From a virus (lineage: Duplodnaviria; Caudoviricetes), in IMG/VR virus record IMGVR_UViG_3300043364_000002, positions 1-64,000 of that record: a DNA stretch of 64,000 nt. The stretch is one strand, 5' to 3'. A program made the position numbers and the translations under genes. The notes under the pieces were generated by a model. That model was not told where the DNA came from. It made no database searches and was given only the letters and a program-made list of their open reading frames with translations. Below, one piece after another: positions 18,211 through 27,954 of this stretch (positions within the stretch are counted from its first letter, which is position 1; each line of letters opens with the position of its first letter).

Positions 18211-19121
18211 GCGCATTCGCCGACCGCGCAGCCAGCATCGCCGAACTCGAGCGCCGGATGGCGGAAGCGCACAAGGGTACGGATCGCATCGTCATCGCGC
18301 ATGCCGACTGCGTGGACGGCTTTACTGCCGCGTGGGTCGCCCACCGCGTCTACGGCGACGCCGCCGAATATGTGTTCGCAAAGTACGGCGACGCACCGCC
18401 TGACGTCTCTGGCAAAGACGTGCTGATCGTCGACTTTAGCTACCCGCGCGCCGTGCTGCTCGAGATGAAGGCAGCGGCGAATTCGCTCCACGTTCTTGAC
18501 CATCACAAGAGTGCCGCGAAGGATCTCGATGGCCTCGACTTCTGCACGTTCGACATGAACCGCAGTGGCGCCATGATGACGTGGAACTGGCTCGAAGGGC
18601 ACAAGAACGTTCCGCAGCTCGTCCGATACGTGCAGGACAGAGACCTGTGGAAGTGGGAGCTTCAGGAATCGAAAGAGATCAGCGCCTGGCTGAGCATCAT
18701 TCGGCGCGACTTCGGTGTTTGGGAAGCGACCGCGGAGAAGCTAGAGAAGATGCCCTGTGCTGTCGCTGCGCTTGGAACGGCGATCCTGGGACACGTCGAT
18801 GCCTACGTCGAGTCGACGGCGAAGAACGCGCGGCTCTACGTAGTAGACGAGCAGACGGTCCCGTTCGTCAACGCGCCAGGAATGATGGCCTCGGAGCTAA
18901 TCGGCAAACTCGCGGAGACGGCGCCGTTCGCTGTTGGGTTCTTCCAGCGCGCGGACGGTAAGTGGCAATACTCGCTGCGTTCCCGTGGCGAATACGACGT
19001 ATCGGTGCTTGCTGAGCGGCACGGAGGCGGCGGCCATCGAGGAGCTGCCGGCTTCGAGCACGCGTGTCCGCCGGATGAGTTGTTCTTCCGACCCGGAGAG
19101 GAGCCGGCCGATGCCGAATGA
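18207..19121 (+). CDS. DHH/DHHA1 phosphoesterase (NrnB-like)
   Basis: HADCVDG, IVDFSY, LDHHKSA, QDRDLW, YSLRS, GGGGHRGAAG. Confidence 0.92.
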   Translation: MSAFADRAASIAELERRMAEAHKGTDRIVIAHADCVDGFTAAWVAHRVYGDAAEYVFAKYGDAPPDVSGKDVLIVDFSYPRAVLLEMKAAANSLHVLDHHKSAAKDLDGLDFCTFDMNRSGAMMTWNWLEGHKNVPQLVRYVQDRDLWKWELQESKEISAWLSIIRRDFGVWEATAEKLEKMPCAVAALGTAILGHVDAYVESTAKNARLYVVDEQTVPFVNAPGMMASELIGKLAETAPFAVGFFQRADGKWQYSLRSRGEYDVSVLAERHGGGGHRGAAGFEHACPPDELFFRPGEEPADAE

Positions 19122-19479
19122 GCGATACAGGTGGCGCTGTTCGGTGTGCTGCACCGAATGGGCGCGCAGCGTTCCGGAGAAGCCGAGCCATTGCGTGAAC
19201 ACGAACTGCGGCGCCCATCAGGTCCTCAGCGTCGCTGCTCGCGTGGGTCCCGGCATTGCCGCGCCACTGTTGCGCGAAGTTGACGGCATGCTGAGAGCGT
19301 ACGTTGGAGACGTCGAAGAGATCGTCGCCATCTTCGCCGACGATGTTGGCGGCAATGAACCACACGACACCGAGCGCCCGCCGCCGCCATTCTCGGAGGC
19401 GGAGGCGAATACATTCGAGCCGACAGTGACCGTTCTGAAAGACGCAGAAGAAACCGAAACGAAAGGGGCAGAACGATGA
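19111..19479 (+). CDS. Zn-ribbon hypothetical protein
   Basis: WRCSVC...HC...CG; acidic tail. Confidence 0.55.
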   Translation: MPNERYRWRCSVCCTEWARSVPEKPSHCVNTNCGAHQVLSVAARVGPGIAAPLLREVDGMLRAYVGDVEEIVAIFADDVGGNEPHDTERPPPPFSEAEANTFEPTVTVLKDAEETETKGAER

Positions 19480-19607
19480 GCCAGTGGCGTTGGCAGTTGT
19501 GGCGGTTCGCGTGGACATCGTGGGGCGACGTTGCCGTTGGACCCGTGGGCTGCGGTTACGATTTGTACGTGCGGATCATCTTCGGTCTTTGGTGGAGAGT
19601 CGCATGA
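19476..19607 (+). CDS. Trp-rich 43-aa peptide
   Basis: MSQWRWQLWRFAWTSWG...GLWWRVA*; ATGA overlaps at both ends. Confidence 0.5.
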   Translation: MSQWRWQLWRFAWTSWGDVAVGPVGCGYDLYVRIIFGLWWRVA

Positions 19608-20275
19608 CCTCAGCCGCCGCCACAATCCTCGCCAACATCCAGCGGGATGCCTACGTCTGGCTCGTTCGCAACTACGGCCCAGCCAAACCTCTCGAGCAGC
19701 TCGCCGGTTTGACCGAGGAAGCGGGTGAAGCATGCGAGGCGATCGGAGATCCAAACCCGGCCGATTACAACGACGCCGTCGGCGATTCGACCATCTACTT
19801 GCTGCAGTTCATGACGCTGATGGGCTGGAGCGTGGCCGACGTTTGGGACGGGCGAGCGGCGTACGAACTTCCGTCGCGCCCGTGGCCGATCCTGCTCGGC
19901 CGCATCAATCACGCGTACGTGAAGGGCAACATCCAGCACTACCGCGGGACGAAGGCGGAGCACGATGCGCGATGTCTGCAAGCGATCGGCGCGCTGCTGA
20001 AGTACTGGGACCAGCACCTTGCGTCGTTCGGCCACGACTTCGTCAGCGTGGTCGAGCAAACGTGGCGAAAGGTAGCCGAGCGAGACTGGACGGCGGTGAG
20101 GCCGGCGCCAGGAGAGAGGGAAGAGAACGGGGACTGGACAGGGTCAACGTCGCCGCAAACGGTCGAGCATCTACTTCGAGTCGGAACGGTTCCGACCGGT
20201 GAAGTTGTGCGCGGACTCGCCGCAGTCATCGACGCGCTTGGCGAGACGGCCGAGCCGAAGAAGGATGGTGGATGA
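19604..20275 (+). CDS. MazG-like nucleoside triphosphate pyrophosphohydrolase
   Basis: LTEEAGEACEA...DAVGDSTIYL; W.KV..RDW end motif. Confidence 0.78.
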   Translation: MTSAAATILANIQRDAYVWLVRNYGPAKPLEQLAGLTEEAGEACEAIGDPNPADYNDAVGDSTIYLLQFMTLMGWSVADVWDGRAAYELPSRPWPILLGRINHAYVKGNIQHYRGTKAEHDARCLQAIGALLKYWDQHLASFGHDFVSVVEQTWRKVAERDWTAVRPAPGEREENGDWTGSTSPQTVEHLLRVGTVPTGEVVRGLAAVIDALGETAEPKKDGG

Positions 20276-20760
20276 TGCGGTACTACCTGGACACAGAGTT
20301 CATTGAACGCGGCCACGAGCACCCGATCGCGCTCATCTCGATCGGCATCGTCGCCGAAGACGGGCGCGAGTTCTACGAGGTGGCAGCTGATGGGTGGCAG
20401 GATGTCCACGCGTCGGACTGGGTGAAGTCGAACGTGTTGCCGCATCTTGGTACGCGGCATCGCATGGGTCGTGCCGAGATGGCGCTGGAGATTCGTCACT
20501 TCTGCGGCGAGTCGCCAGAGTTCTGGGCCTACTATGCTGACTACGATTGGGTGGTCCTATGCCAGCTGTTTGGCACGATGATGGATCTGCCGGACGCATG
20601 GCCGAAGTTCTGCCGCGACGTGAAGCAGCTCGCCGTATCGGTCGGCAACCCGGAGCTGCCAAGGCAGGAGAGCGGTGAGCACAACGCGTTGGCGGACGCG
20701 CGCCACATCAAACTGATGCACGAGTGGCTAATCGAGACGCACATGGGAGGCGCGGCATGA
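20272..20760 (+). CDS. DEDDh 3'-5' exonuclease (Rv2179c/DUF5051-like)
   Basis: LDTEF, LISIGIVAEDGREFY, YDWVVLCQLFG.M..LP, HNALADA. Confidence 0.9.
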   Translation: MMRYYLDTEFIERGHEHPIALISIGIVAEDGREFYEVAADGWQDVHASDWVKSNVLPHLGTRHRMGRAEMALEIRHFCGESPEFWAYYADYDWVVLCQLFGTMMDLPDAWPKFCRDVKQLAVSVGNPELPRQESGEHNALADARHIKLMHEWLIETHMGGAA

Positions 20761-21044
20761 GATCGCAAAAGCTGCCGAAGTCGGAAGTTCTCGAGAAAGC
20801 GTGCGACGACGGTGAGACGCAGTTCTTCTTGGGCAAAGAAGGCGACACCGTTTACGAGGTTTGCTCCTGGCGACCCGGCCCGCCCAACTCAGGACCACCG
20901 ACGCAGGTTCACTTGCTGATGAACCTCGGGCCTGGCGCCAAAGCTGTCATCCGCATGAAGTCAGCGCGGGCGCTCGACGAGTTGGTTGGGCTGCTGCTCG
21001 AGTACCGAAACTCGGTGTGGCCGGAAGTGGATTTGAAGTCGTGA
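20757..21044 (+). CDS. Hypothetical protein
   Basis: ATGA coupling, GGAGG RBS. Confidence 0.6.
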   Translation: MRSQKLPKSEVLEKACDDGETQFFLGKEGDTVYEVCSWRPGPPNSGPPTQVHLLMNLGPGAKAVIRMKSARALDELVGLLLEYRNSVWPEVDLKS

Positions 21045-21076
21045 ATAGGCGGGGAGAAGGAACAGAAAAGAGCATC

Positions 21077-21496
21077 ATGAGTCACCGAGCCTACTTGAGC
21101 GGACCATCGGAGCAAGCGCAGTCAGTGGAGCGCTTCGGCGCGTACCTCAGCACCGCCATCGGCATCGAAGTCGTCTCCACCTGGCATACGTCGCCAGAAG
21201 TCGAGAAGTACCCAATTGACCCAGCAACGCGCAGCAACGCGCTCGCGCAGGACCTCGCGCAGATCGACCGCGCGACCGTGTTCGTGTGCTTGACGTGCGG
21301 CGGCAGACCCGTCACGACGCTCTGCGAGCTCGGCTACGCGGTAGCGCGCGGCATCCCAGTTGTTTGGGTGCACGGCGCGAAGGACGAGTCCACGCTGTTC
21401 GACGCGCACGCGAGCGTGACTACGTTCATCACGTCGAATCCGTTCTTCGTCGCCGACAAGGTGGCTGATTGGATTCAGCGAAGGGAGGCGGCGTGA
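21077..21496 (+). CDS. Nucleoside 2-deoxyribosyltransferase-like protein
   Basis: AYLSGP, DLAQIDRA, ELGYAVARGIPVVWV. Confidence 0.8.
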   Translation: MSHRAYLSGPSEQAQSVERFGAYLSTAIGIEVVSTWHTSPEVEKYPIDPATRSNALAQDLAQIDRATVFVCLTCGGRPVTTLCELGYAVARGIPVVWVHGAKDESTLFDAHASVTTFITSNPFFVADKVADWIQRREAA

Positions 21497-21912
21497 AAGT
21501 CGGCGAATTGCGCAAGGCGTTGGAGGGCGTCGACGCCGGGCTCGACATTTTGGTCCGTGCCTTTGATGACGACACCGACTATGTCGGCGAGCCGCTCTGC
21601 GCGGAAGCGGAGGCTGGCTTTGGCTGCAAGTGGTTCTTTGCCATCGATTGCGGCGTAAAGGAAGGACGACGAGGACGCCATTGCCCAAGATCAAGCGGCG
21701 CCAGAAGCGTCGAAGGAGTAAGCCCAGTGCAACCTCAACCCGTAGCGCGCGTTTCAGTCATCGACAGCACAGGAGACAACTGGGCCGAGTCGATTCTCAC
21801 GGGCGTGCTGCAGCTGCTCGAAGACGAGACGCCGGGTCAGGTGTGCGTGGCGACCCCGGAAGGGCGGGAGTGTCGTGTGCTCGTTTGGTTTAAGCAAGGG
21901 GGTAGCGCGTGA
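21493..21912 (+). CDS. Probably two small genes (21493-21720, 21726-21912) joined by a +1 frameshift
   Basis: Removing one G at 21664-21665 gives acidic tail ...SKE* whose AGGAG serves a GTG at 21726. Confidence 0.45.
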   Translation: MKVGELRKALEGVDAGLDILVRAFDDDTDYVGEPLCAEAEAGFGCKWFFAIDCGVKEGRRGRHCPRSSGARSVEGVSPVQPQPVARVSVIDSTGDNWAESILTGVLQLLEDETPGQVCVATPEGRECRVLVWFKQGGSA

Positions 21913-22247
21913 CCGCCGCCCTACGACTACCCCTAGCGCCCGCCGACGTGACGTCGCGCGAGGACCGTTTTGAGTGCAAGCCGTATCGAAGCGTTGTCAC
22001 CGCCGATTGCTGCGCTAGGCGCCGCGCTCTTGTCCGCGCCGGAATCAAAAGGCTCGACTTTTTAAGCTGCACAGATGCGTGTCCGATCGGAAAGACCGTG
22101 GAGCATAACAGCGGCGGACCGATGCGCGTAAACGCGAAGCTCACCGAAGCGGCGGCACACACGGGCGGCCATTACAAGATGGTCCAAGCCGCGCAGTTGG
22201 GGCAGGTGTTCGAAGGCGACGAGAAGCGGAGGAAGCGTGGCCGTTAA
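21909..22247 (+). CDS. Cys-containing hypothetical protein
   Basis: F.C......C..R.....C...CPIG. Confidence 0.5.
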   Translation: MTAALRLPLAPADVTSREDRFECKPYRSVVTADCCARRRALVRAGIKRLDFLSCTDACPIGKTVEHNSGGPMRVNAKLTEAAAHTGGHYKMVQAAQLGQVFEGDEKRRKRGR

Positions 22248-22761
22248 CCGCATCACCGTCGCGGAGTGGAAGAAGCTTGCCGGTAAAGGCGAGGCGGTGA
22301 AGCCGGTCATTCGCGGATTCGCTGGGTGCTGTTCGCCAGAGGTTAGCTGGGAGTCGGTTCACAGCCTACCCGTCGTCGGTCCATCGATGACCACCGTCCG
22401 CATCAAAGGTCTGCGGCTCATCTCCGAACTGAACCGGCGCGAGCATCACATGGTCACGCATCGGCGCAAGAAAGCGCAACAGCAGATCGTGCACCTGGCG
22501 TTCGTCGACTCGCACGCGGCCGAGATCTGGCAGCCGCCGATGTTGGTCACCATCACGCGCTTCGGCGCAGGCAGACTCGATCCAACGGAGAACTTGCCAA
22601 GTTGCGGAAAGTGGGTCGTTGACCAACTAGCGAAAGAGTTCAGCGTCAACGATGGTCGAGACGACCTGATCAAGTATGAAGTGGCGCAGCGGAAGTGCGG
22701 GCGGGGAGAGTATTCGGTCGAGATCAAGTTTCAATCCCTGCCCGGGAGGAAGTCAGCATGA
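22237..22761 (+). CDS. RusA-like Holliday junction resolvase
   Basis: SELN.R.H, VTITR.G..RLD..NL....K.VVD......VND. Confidence 0.65.
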   Translation: MAVNRITVAEWKKLAGKGEAVKPVIRGFAGCCSPEVSWESVHSLPVVGPSMTTVRIKGLRLISELNRREHHMVTHRRKKAQQQIVHLAFVDSHAAEIWQPPMLVTITRFGAGRLDPTENLPSCGKWVVDQLAKEFSVNDGRDDLIKYEVAQRKCGRGEYSVEIKFQSLPGRKSA

Positions 22762-25700
22762 GCACCACAGATCTGTTTGAGTGGGTTGGCATTCTCCTCG
22801 TCGGCGCCTTCGGCCTTGGCTGCGTCCTAGTCGGCGTCATCGGCGGCGTGGTCACGCGAGACCGAGAGCGCAAGCGAATCGCGGCGTTCATGCCGAGCGA
22901 CAGCGGCACCGTGACGAAGCTCGACCTCGAAGAGATGCGGCGGCACGTAGACCTGCGGTTCAACGTAGGAGGCGACGACGATGCCGCGTGAAATGAAGAC
23001 GGCAGACGAACTCTACATGGGCTGGAATGAATTCAACGAGCCCGGGGGTGACTTCGTTCGGCGTGTCATGACTGAAGCGCGCACTGCGACACTGGTTGAG
23101 GCGCGAGACGCTTGCGTTGAAGAGCAGCGCAAGTTCGACATTGTCGCACGCGATGCGCCGCGTAGCGTCGAAGGTATGTACCAAAGCAACCGCGCGCTCG
23201 TTGCCGCGAATGGCGCCGCACAATGTATTAGGCGCCTGAGCGCCATGATTGGCGCGGCAATGATTACGTCTGGCGAAGCAGCGGGCGGGAACAATGATAC
23301 GGCGGAGAAGGTGCGTGGGCGCAATGACTGAACTCCAAATCGATTGGCACCGCGACGGGGAGACGGTCGTGGGCGGCTGCGAGGTGTTGCCGCACGCGAT
23401 GGCGCTCATCGTGCCGACCCACTGGGGCAAGTGCGCGCTGCGCGTCTACAGCCACGGGGAGCTGAAGCACGACCGCGAGTTCTCGAACGTCGACGCGGCG
23501 AAGGAAGCGGCCGGGATGGTGATGCGGCTGCTGATGATCAGGGAGGCTGTGTGATGGGCAAGCGACTTCCGCCAGAGCACATCGAAGGGTACCGCAACGC
23601 GGATGCCAAAAATCTGGACCCAGCTCGGACGAGGGATCAACTCATAGGGCATATCGATGCTGTCGGAGCCGAGTTGGCCGATGCTGCGAGTTACCGGGAA
23701 GAGGAGACGCAGCGCGCCGAACGCTACCGGTCGGACCTCGACAACTGCGGCGACGTCTTCATGGCGTTGCGAGACTCCAGCCGAGTTTCGGGCCAACGAG
23801 AGGACGCCGCTCGTGCTCGCGTGAAGGCGCTTGAGGTGAAGCTGGCAGAGGCGGAAGGGTACGCAGCGGCATGCGCGGACGCAATCGCGGCCATCCACAA
23901 GCGAGCCGAAGCCGCCGAAACTCGCGTCAAAGAGCTTACGGAGCATTTGTTTGCGGCATACCGGCGGGCACGTTGATCTCGACAAGCTGGCAGGGAAGAG
24001 ATGACGACCACAATGACCGCACGAAAGGCGAAATGATGTTCCGCTCAACAGGCGACCTACTCAAGTGGATGCGCGGATCCCGCAAGCCGGCGCCGGTCGA
24101 GACGTGGCCGCTCGGGCCGACTCCGACGCCGCCGATCGTGCTCCGTGTGGCCGCCGACTTCACGACGGGACACGTGACGTTCGAGATTGAGGGCGCGCTC
24201 AAGCTGTCGCTGCCGATCGACCTGGCGAGCAAGGTGCATGCCGAGTTTGGCGCCGCGATCTTCGCGCTGACGAAGGCGGAGGAAGTGGATCTGACGGCGG
24301 AGATTGACGGGAAGGAGTCGAGCGAATGAACGCGCTGCCGACAGCGCTGCCGACGCTTGCCAGCGAATACAGAATCCGCCGAGGCGTCGGACATGCGGCC
24401 TATAAGAAACTCTGCGAACTCAATGTGGAGTTGCGAGACAACGGCAGAGTGGCGTACTGGCCCAGCGAGAACGAGCCTGGCTACTTCAGCGCCTACCGTG
24501 CTCAAGCCGACGATGGCGCGTTCAGCTGCGGCGCTGAGAGCGAAGATGGTATGGAGACGCCGTGCGCGTCGCTTGAACTGTCTCGACGCGTTCACGAGGC
24601 GTATCGATTCTGGCGCGAATCGGCGCTCTCGTTGAGCGCGGCGAAGGATCAGTTCGACAAGGCCGGCGCGGCGTTTCTGGAGCAGATGGTGGAGGAAAGC
24701 GATGGGTGACACGACGCTGGAAGCGCTCCGCTCGCATATGGCGAAGTGGAGGAAGCAAAACCGCAAGCACGGAATAGAGACCAATCCACTGGGCGATATG
24801 GATGAAGCTGTCAAATGGCTATGTCGCGAGATCGACCGCGTGAAGCGCGAGGAAGGGAAGGTGTCGCATGGGTAACAGCAAACTGGCGACCGACGCTGCT
24901 GACGTTGAGTTTGTGCTCCGCAGCATTGACGGAGAATTCTGGACAGGTGTGGACGCGCACGACAGCCCGACGTGGTCAAGCGACGTGAAGGACGCGATTG
25001 TGGTGCGCAACATCACCAATGAAACGCGCGTCACATTCTACGGCGAGAATGTGCGGCTGGCCAACGTGTTGGCGGAAACAGAAAGCGGCGGAGACGACGA
25101 TGGGAAGTGACGAGAAGCGCGACGGGTTCGTGATCATGCGGGATCACGATGGCGTGTATCTCGTCGCCGCCGAACCAGTTGACAACTGCTCGCACGTGGA
25201 TGGCGCGGTAACGTGGAACTGCCGGCGACGGTTAGCGATTGTGTTTACCGAGAAGCGCGACGCCAATATCGTGTCGGCATTGCTGGACGATTCGATCTAC
25301 GGTCCGACATCGGTCGTGCGCCTGTCAGAGTTGCCAGATGAGAAGTCGCTCGGGCAGGTGGCGTGTGAGTCCGCCCCAGGAACAGCGGGGGAGATGCTTA
25401 GCGCAAAGTCACGCGAAGACTGGGAGCGCGTCGCGCAAGCGGTCGTCGAAGAACACGAGCGGAGGAGGCGGTGATGGCTAAGGCATACGAGCGGATGCTG
25501 GTTTTGCTGCCAGGGTGGATGAGTCCCATCCTGAACGGGAGCGACGTTGACGTGTTTCTACGGGTATTCGCAACCGAGATCGACCTGCTAGACCAAAATC
25601 TAGGTCTAAAAAACGATGCCCTAGAGCGGCGCGTTGAGGAGCTTGAGGCGCAGCTGCGCGAGATGGCGAGTGGAGGCCGAGAATGAGCGACGAAACCCAG

Positions 25701-26609
25701 GACGGGATCCGACACAACGATGCGACGCGACCGGCTTACCTGCCAGCGCCGGCCGTCAGTGGGTATCACGAGCATCTGTATCTCGGGCGCGGACACGAGC
25801 TCTACCTATCGGAAGACGGGCGTCTCGTCGTCGTAAAGGACGGGAATGGCGTTGCTCTCACGTGTGACGAAGTAGGCGAGCTGGTGGAGCAGTTCGCTCG
25901 CATCCATGACGATATGATCGACGCGCGCGATCGGCAGCTGCGCGAGATGGCGGAGTGGAAGCGGTGAAACCAATCCTAACTACCCTCCATGCGTGGGAGC
26001 GCGCCGAGTTCCGCGCTGACGTGGCAGCGTGCAAAGCGCCCGCCCCGTGCGATTGCCGCCTATGTAGCATAGTGCTCGCGCCGAATTCGCCATTCAAGAA
26101 CATCGAAGGCGACCTGCGTCAAGACGGGTGCGACGTGTTGGTCTACCACGGCGGCGCCTGGATCCTGCTGGCCAGGTGCGTTGACGAAGAGACGGCGGCG
26201 GGCTGTGATGCGGTCGTTTACGGAGCTCGCGTGATCTGCCCCCGCTGCGGCGCGACCGCGTACCTCATCAACGCCGACTATGGCTACGGCCACGGTGCTG
26301 AGTACAAATGCTATCAGCACCGCGAGTTCCTCGACGGCTACCGCTTCGTGTCGCATTCGGCGGAGGCGTTGGCGGAGTCTGACGCGTCGAGAGCGCGGTC
26401 GCGGGCGAATGCGGACGTGATGAGGCGGAAGCGATGAGCCCGCGCGTCGCCATTCCCCCCGAGCTCGCGAACGTCACCGGCGTTCTACGGTGAGCTGCGG
26501 CAGGTGGCGTGCGACGTCTGGGTTTACCGTGGCGAGTGGGTGCTGATTGCGCGGTTTGAGACGGAGGAGAAGGCGGCTAGGCATGTGGAAGTGTTTGAGG
26601 GGGTTTAAG
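22758..26609 (+). other. Array of about a dozen short translationally coupled hypothetical genes (nin-like region)
   Basis: ORFs such as 22758-22991, 22981-23331, 24326-24709, 24868-25110, 25471-25686, 25683-25967 and one ending 26437 overlap by ATGA/GTGA with GGAG RBSs. Confidence 0.65.
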
Positions 26610-26675
26610 TGAAAGATCAGCTTAGCGAATAGTGGACCCAAAAAGAGCGAGCTGGCCTCGCTCGGAAAGTGCACC

Positions 26676-27374
26676 ATGAGCAATCGAGCGCAGGATCTGG
26701 CGCGTAACATAGAGCGCAGTCGTTCGTACACGTCCGATGAACCGAAACGCGGCGCCGGGCACGTCATGCGGCTCCCCGGCGACAGCACCGCAGACTTGCG
26801 GTGGTTCTGGAACGATGCCGCCGGGGCACTAGGCCTCAAGGGCATGAACCCAGACAGCGCCGGCGGCGGTGGTGATACCGAGGACACCCATCGCGTGGAA
26901 GCGGCGACACGGTACCGGGAGATTGCGCTGCTGCTCGACCGGGTCGGTCCAGCCAAGACGCGGATCCTCCAGCGTTACCACCAGGAAGCCGTCTGGCGCG
27001 GGCTAGAATCGTTCGGCGTAATGGCTGGCATAGCGCTCGTCACCCGAAAGGCGAAAGAGGCTTACCGCGAGGATGCGCGCGACGGCAGGGTCAATCACGG
27101 CGAGTTCGCCGCGTGGCTCAAAGCGCTAGGCGCACGAACAATGCTCGGCATGAGTCAGACGGTGGACGACAGGAGCCTTCGGTTGGCAATTCTATCTGAA
27201 GCGGAATTGCTGCTGACGCGAGCGTGCTCGGCGTATGACGTCGTGAAGACGCTCCGACTGAGCGAACGACGCGCGGAGAAGTCGGCAAAGAATGTGCTGA
27301 TTCGAATCGAGAGCTACGCGCACGTTCGGCGCCTCGAAACGCACCAGCCCTTCCGCACTGACGAGACCGGATGA
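26676..27374 (+). CDS. Putative late-gene regulator (Q/antiterminator position)
   Basis: Last large early gene before packaging genes; helical; function by position only. Confidence 0.45.
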   Translation: MSNRAQDLARNIERSRSYTSDEPKRGAGHVMRLPGDSTADLRWFWNDAAGALGLKGMNPDSAGGGGDTEDTHRVEAATRYREIALLLDRVGPAKTRILQRYHQEAVWRGLESFGVMAGIALVTRKAKEAYREDARDGRVNHGEFAAWLKALGARTMLGMSQTVDDRSLRLAILSEAELLLTRACSAYDVVKTLRLSERRAEKSAKNVLIRIESYAHVRRLETHQPFRTDETG

Positions 27375-27586
27375 CGCGGCTCGCATTGAAGGTTGCCTAC
27401 AGTGTCCCGGAAGCGGCGGATCTATGCGGAGTCGACCGCCGGACGATGCTTCGTTGGGTGCGGATGGGGAGGCTAAGGGCCGAGCGAATAGGGCGCGTTT
27501 TTCGCATCCCAAATTCGAGTTTGCGCGAGCACCCCGATCTTTGGGACTCGATATTGTTCCGCAAGGGCGTAACGGACGATAAGTAA
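27371..27586 (+). CDS. Excisionase/MerR-like (HTH_17) DNA-binding protein
   Basis: YSVPEAADLCGVDRRTMLRWVRMGRLRAERIGRVFRIP. Confidence 0.88.
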   Translation: MTRLALKVAYSVPEAADLCGVDRRTMLRWVRMGRLRAERIGRVFRIPNSSLREHPDLWDSILFRKGVTDDK

Positions 27587-27618
27587 TTGCATATATGGCG
27601 ATTACGCCTAGGGCGCTC

Positions 27619-27648
27619 TCGGGACATGTCGGGACATCTCGGGACATT
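27619..27648 (+). repeat. Three tandem 10-bp direct repeats TCGGGACAT(G/C/T)
   Basis: tcgggacatg tcgggacatc tcgggacatt in the early/late intergenic gap. Confidence 0.9.
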
Positions 27649-27690
27649 TGGTCCGCTAACTTGTTAGGGGGCACGAGCAGCCATATCCGA

Positions 27691-27954
27691 ATGCCAGACG
27701 CCCACGCGCAGACACCCGAGCAGGCCACGAAGTTCGACCGCTGGTCCCACTTCACAGGTCGGCTCGACGAGACCTACGCGGGCGCGCTGTCGACGCCAGT
27801 GCAACTCGTCACCAAGGCGACCGGCGCCGTGCTCGCGACCTACGCGAGTCTCGCTGAAGCGTTCGAGCGCATGCACGAGATCCCTGACGGCGTGAGAGCC
27901 ACCGCATGTCTCGGCTGGGCAAGCCTCAAGGCGACCCACCCGGAACATCGGTAG
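27691..27954 (+). CDS. Hypothetical protein
   Basis: ORF with phage-like codon use after intergenic gap. Confidence 0.5.
   Translation: MPDAHAQTPEQATKFDRWSHFTGRLDETYAGALSTPVQLVTKATGAVLATYASLAEAFERMHEIPDGVRATACLGWASLKATHPEHR

Noticed and set aside
19484-19603. N-terminal extension of the MazG ORF given in the track
   Set aside because: Better explained by the Trp-rich peptide in another frame and a MazG start at 19604 with GGAG RBS
2152-26437. Many genes ending in EAA/GGAA/GGSA
   Set aside because: Explained by the next gene's GGAGG RBS plus ATGA overlap; only the two longer repeats were kept as findings
27371-27586. Excisionase marking an att site
   Set aside because: No integrase or tRNA nearby; position fits a late-control or packaging role better
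27619-27648. CRISPR-like mini array
   Set aside because: Units are 10 bp and abut each other with no spacers
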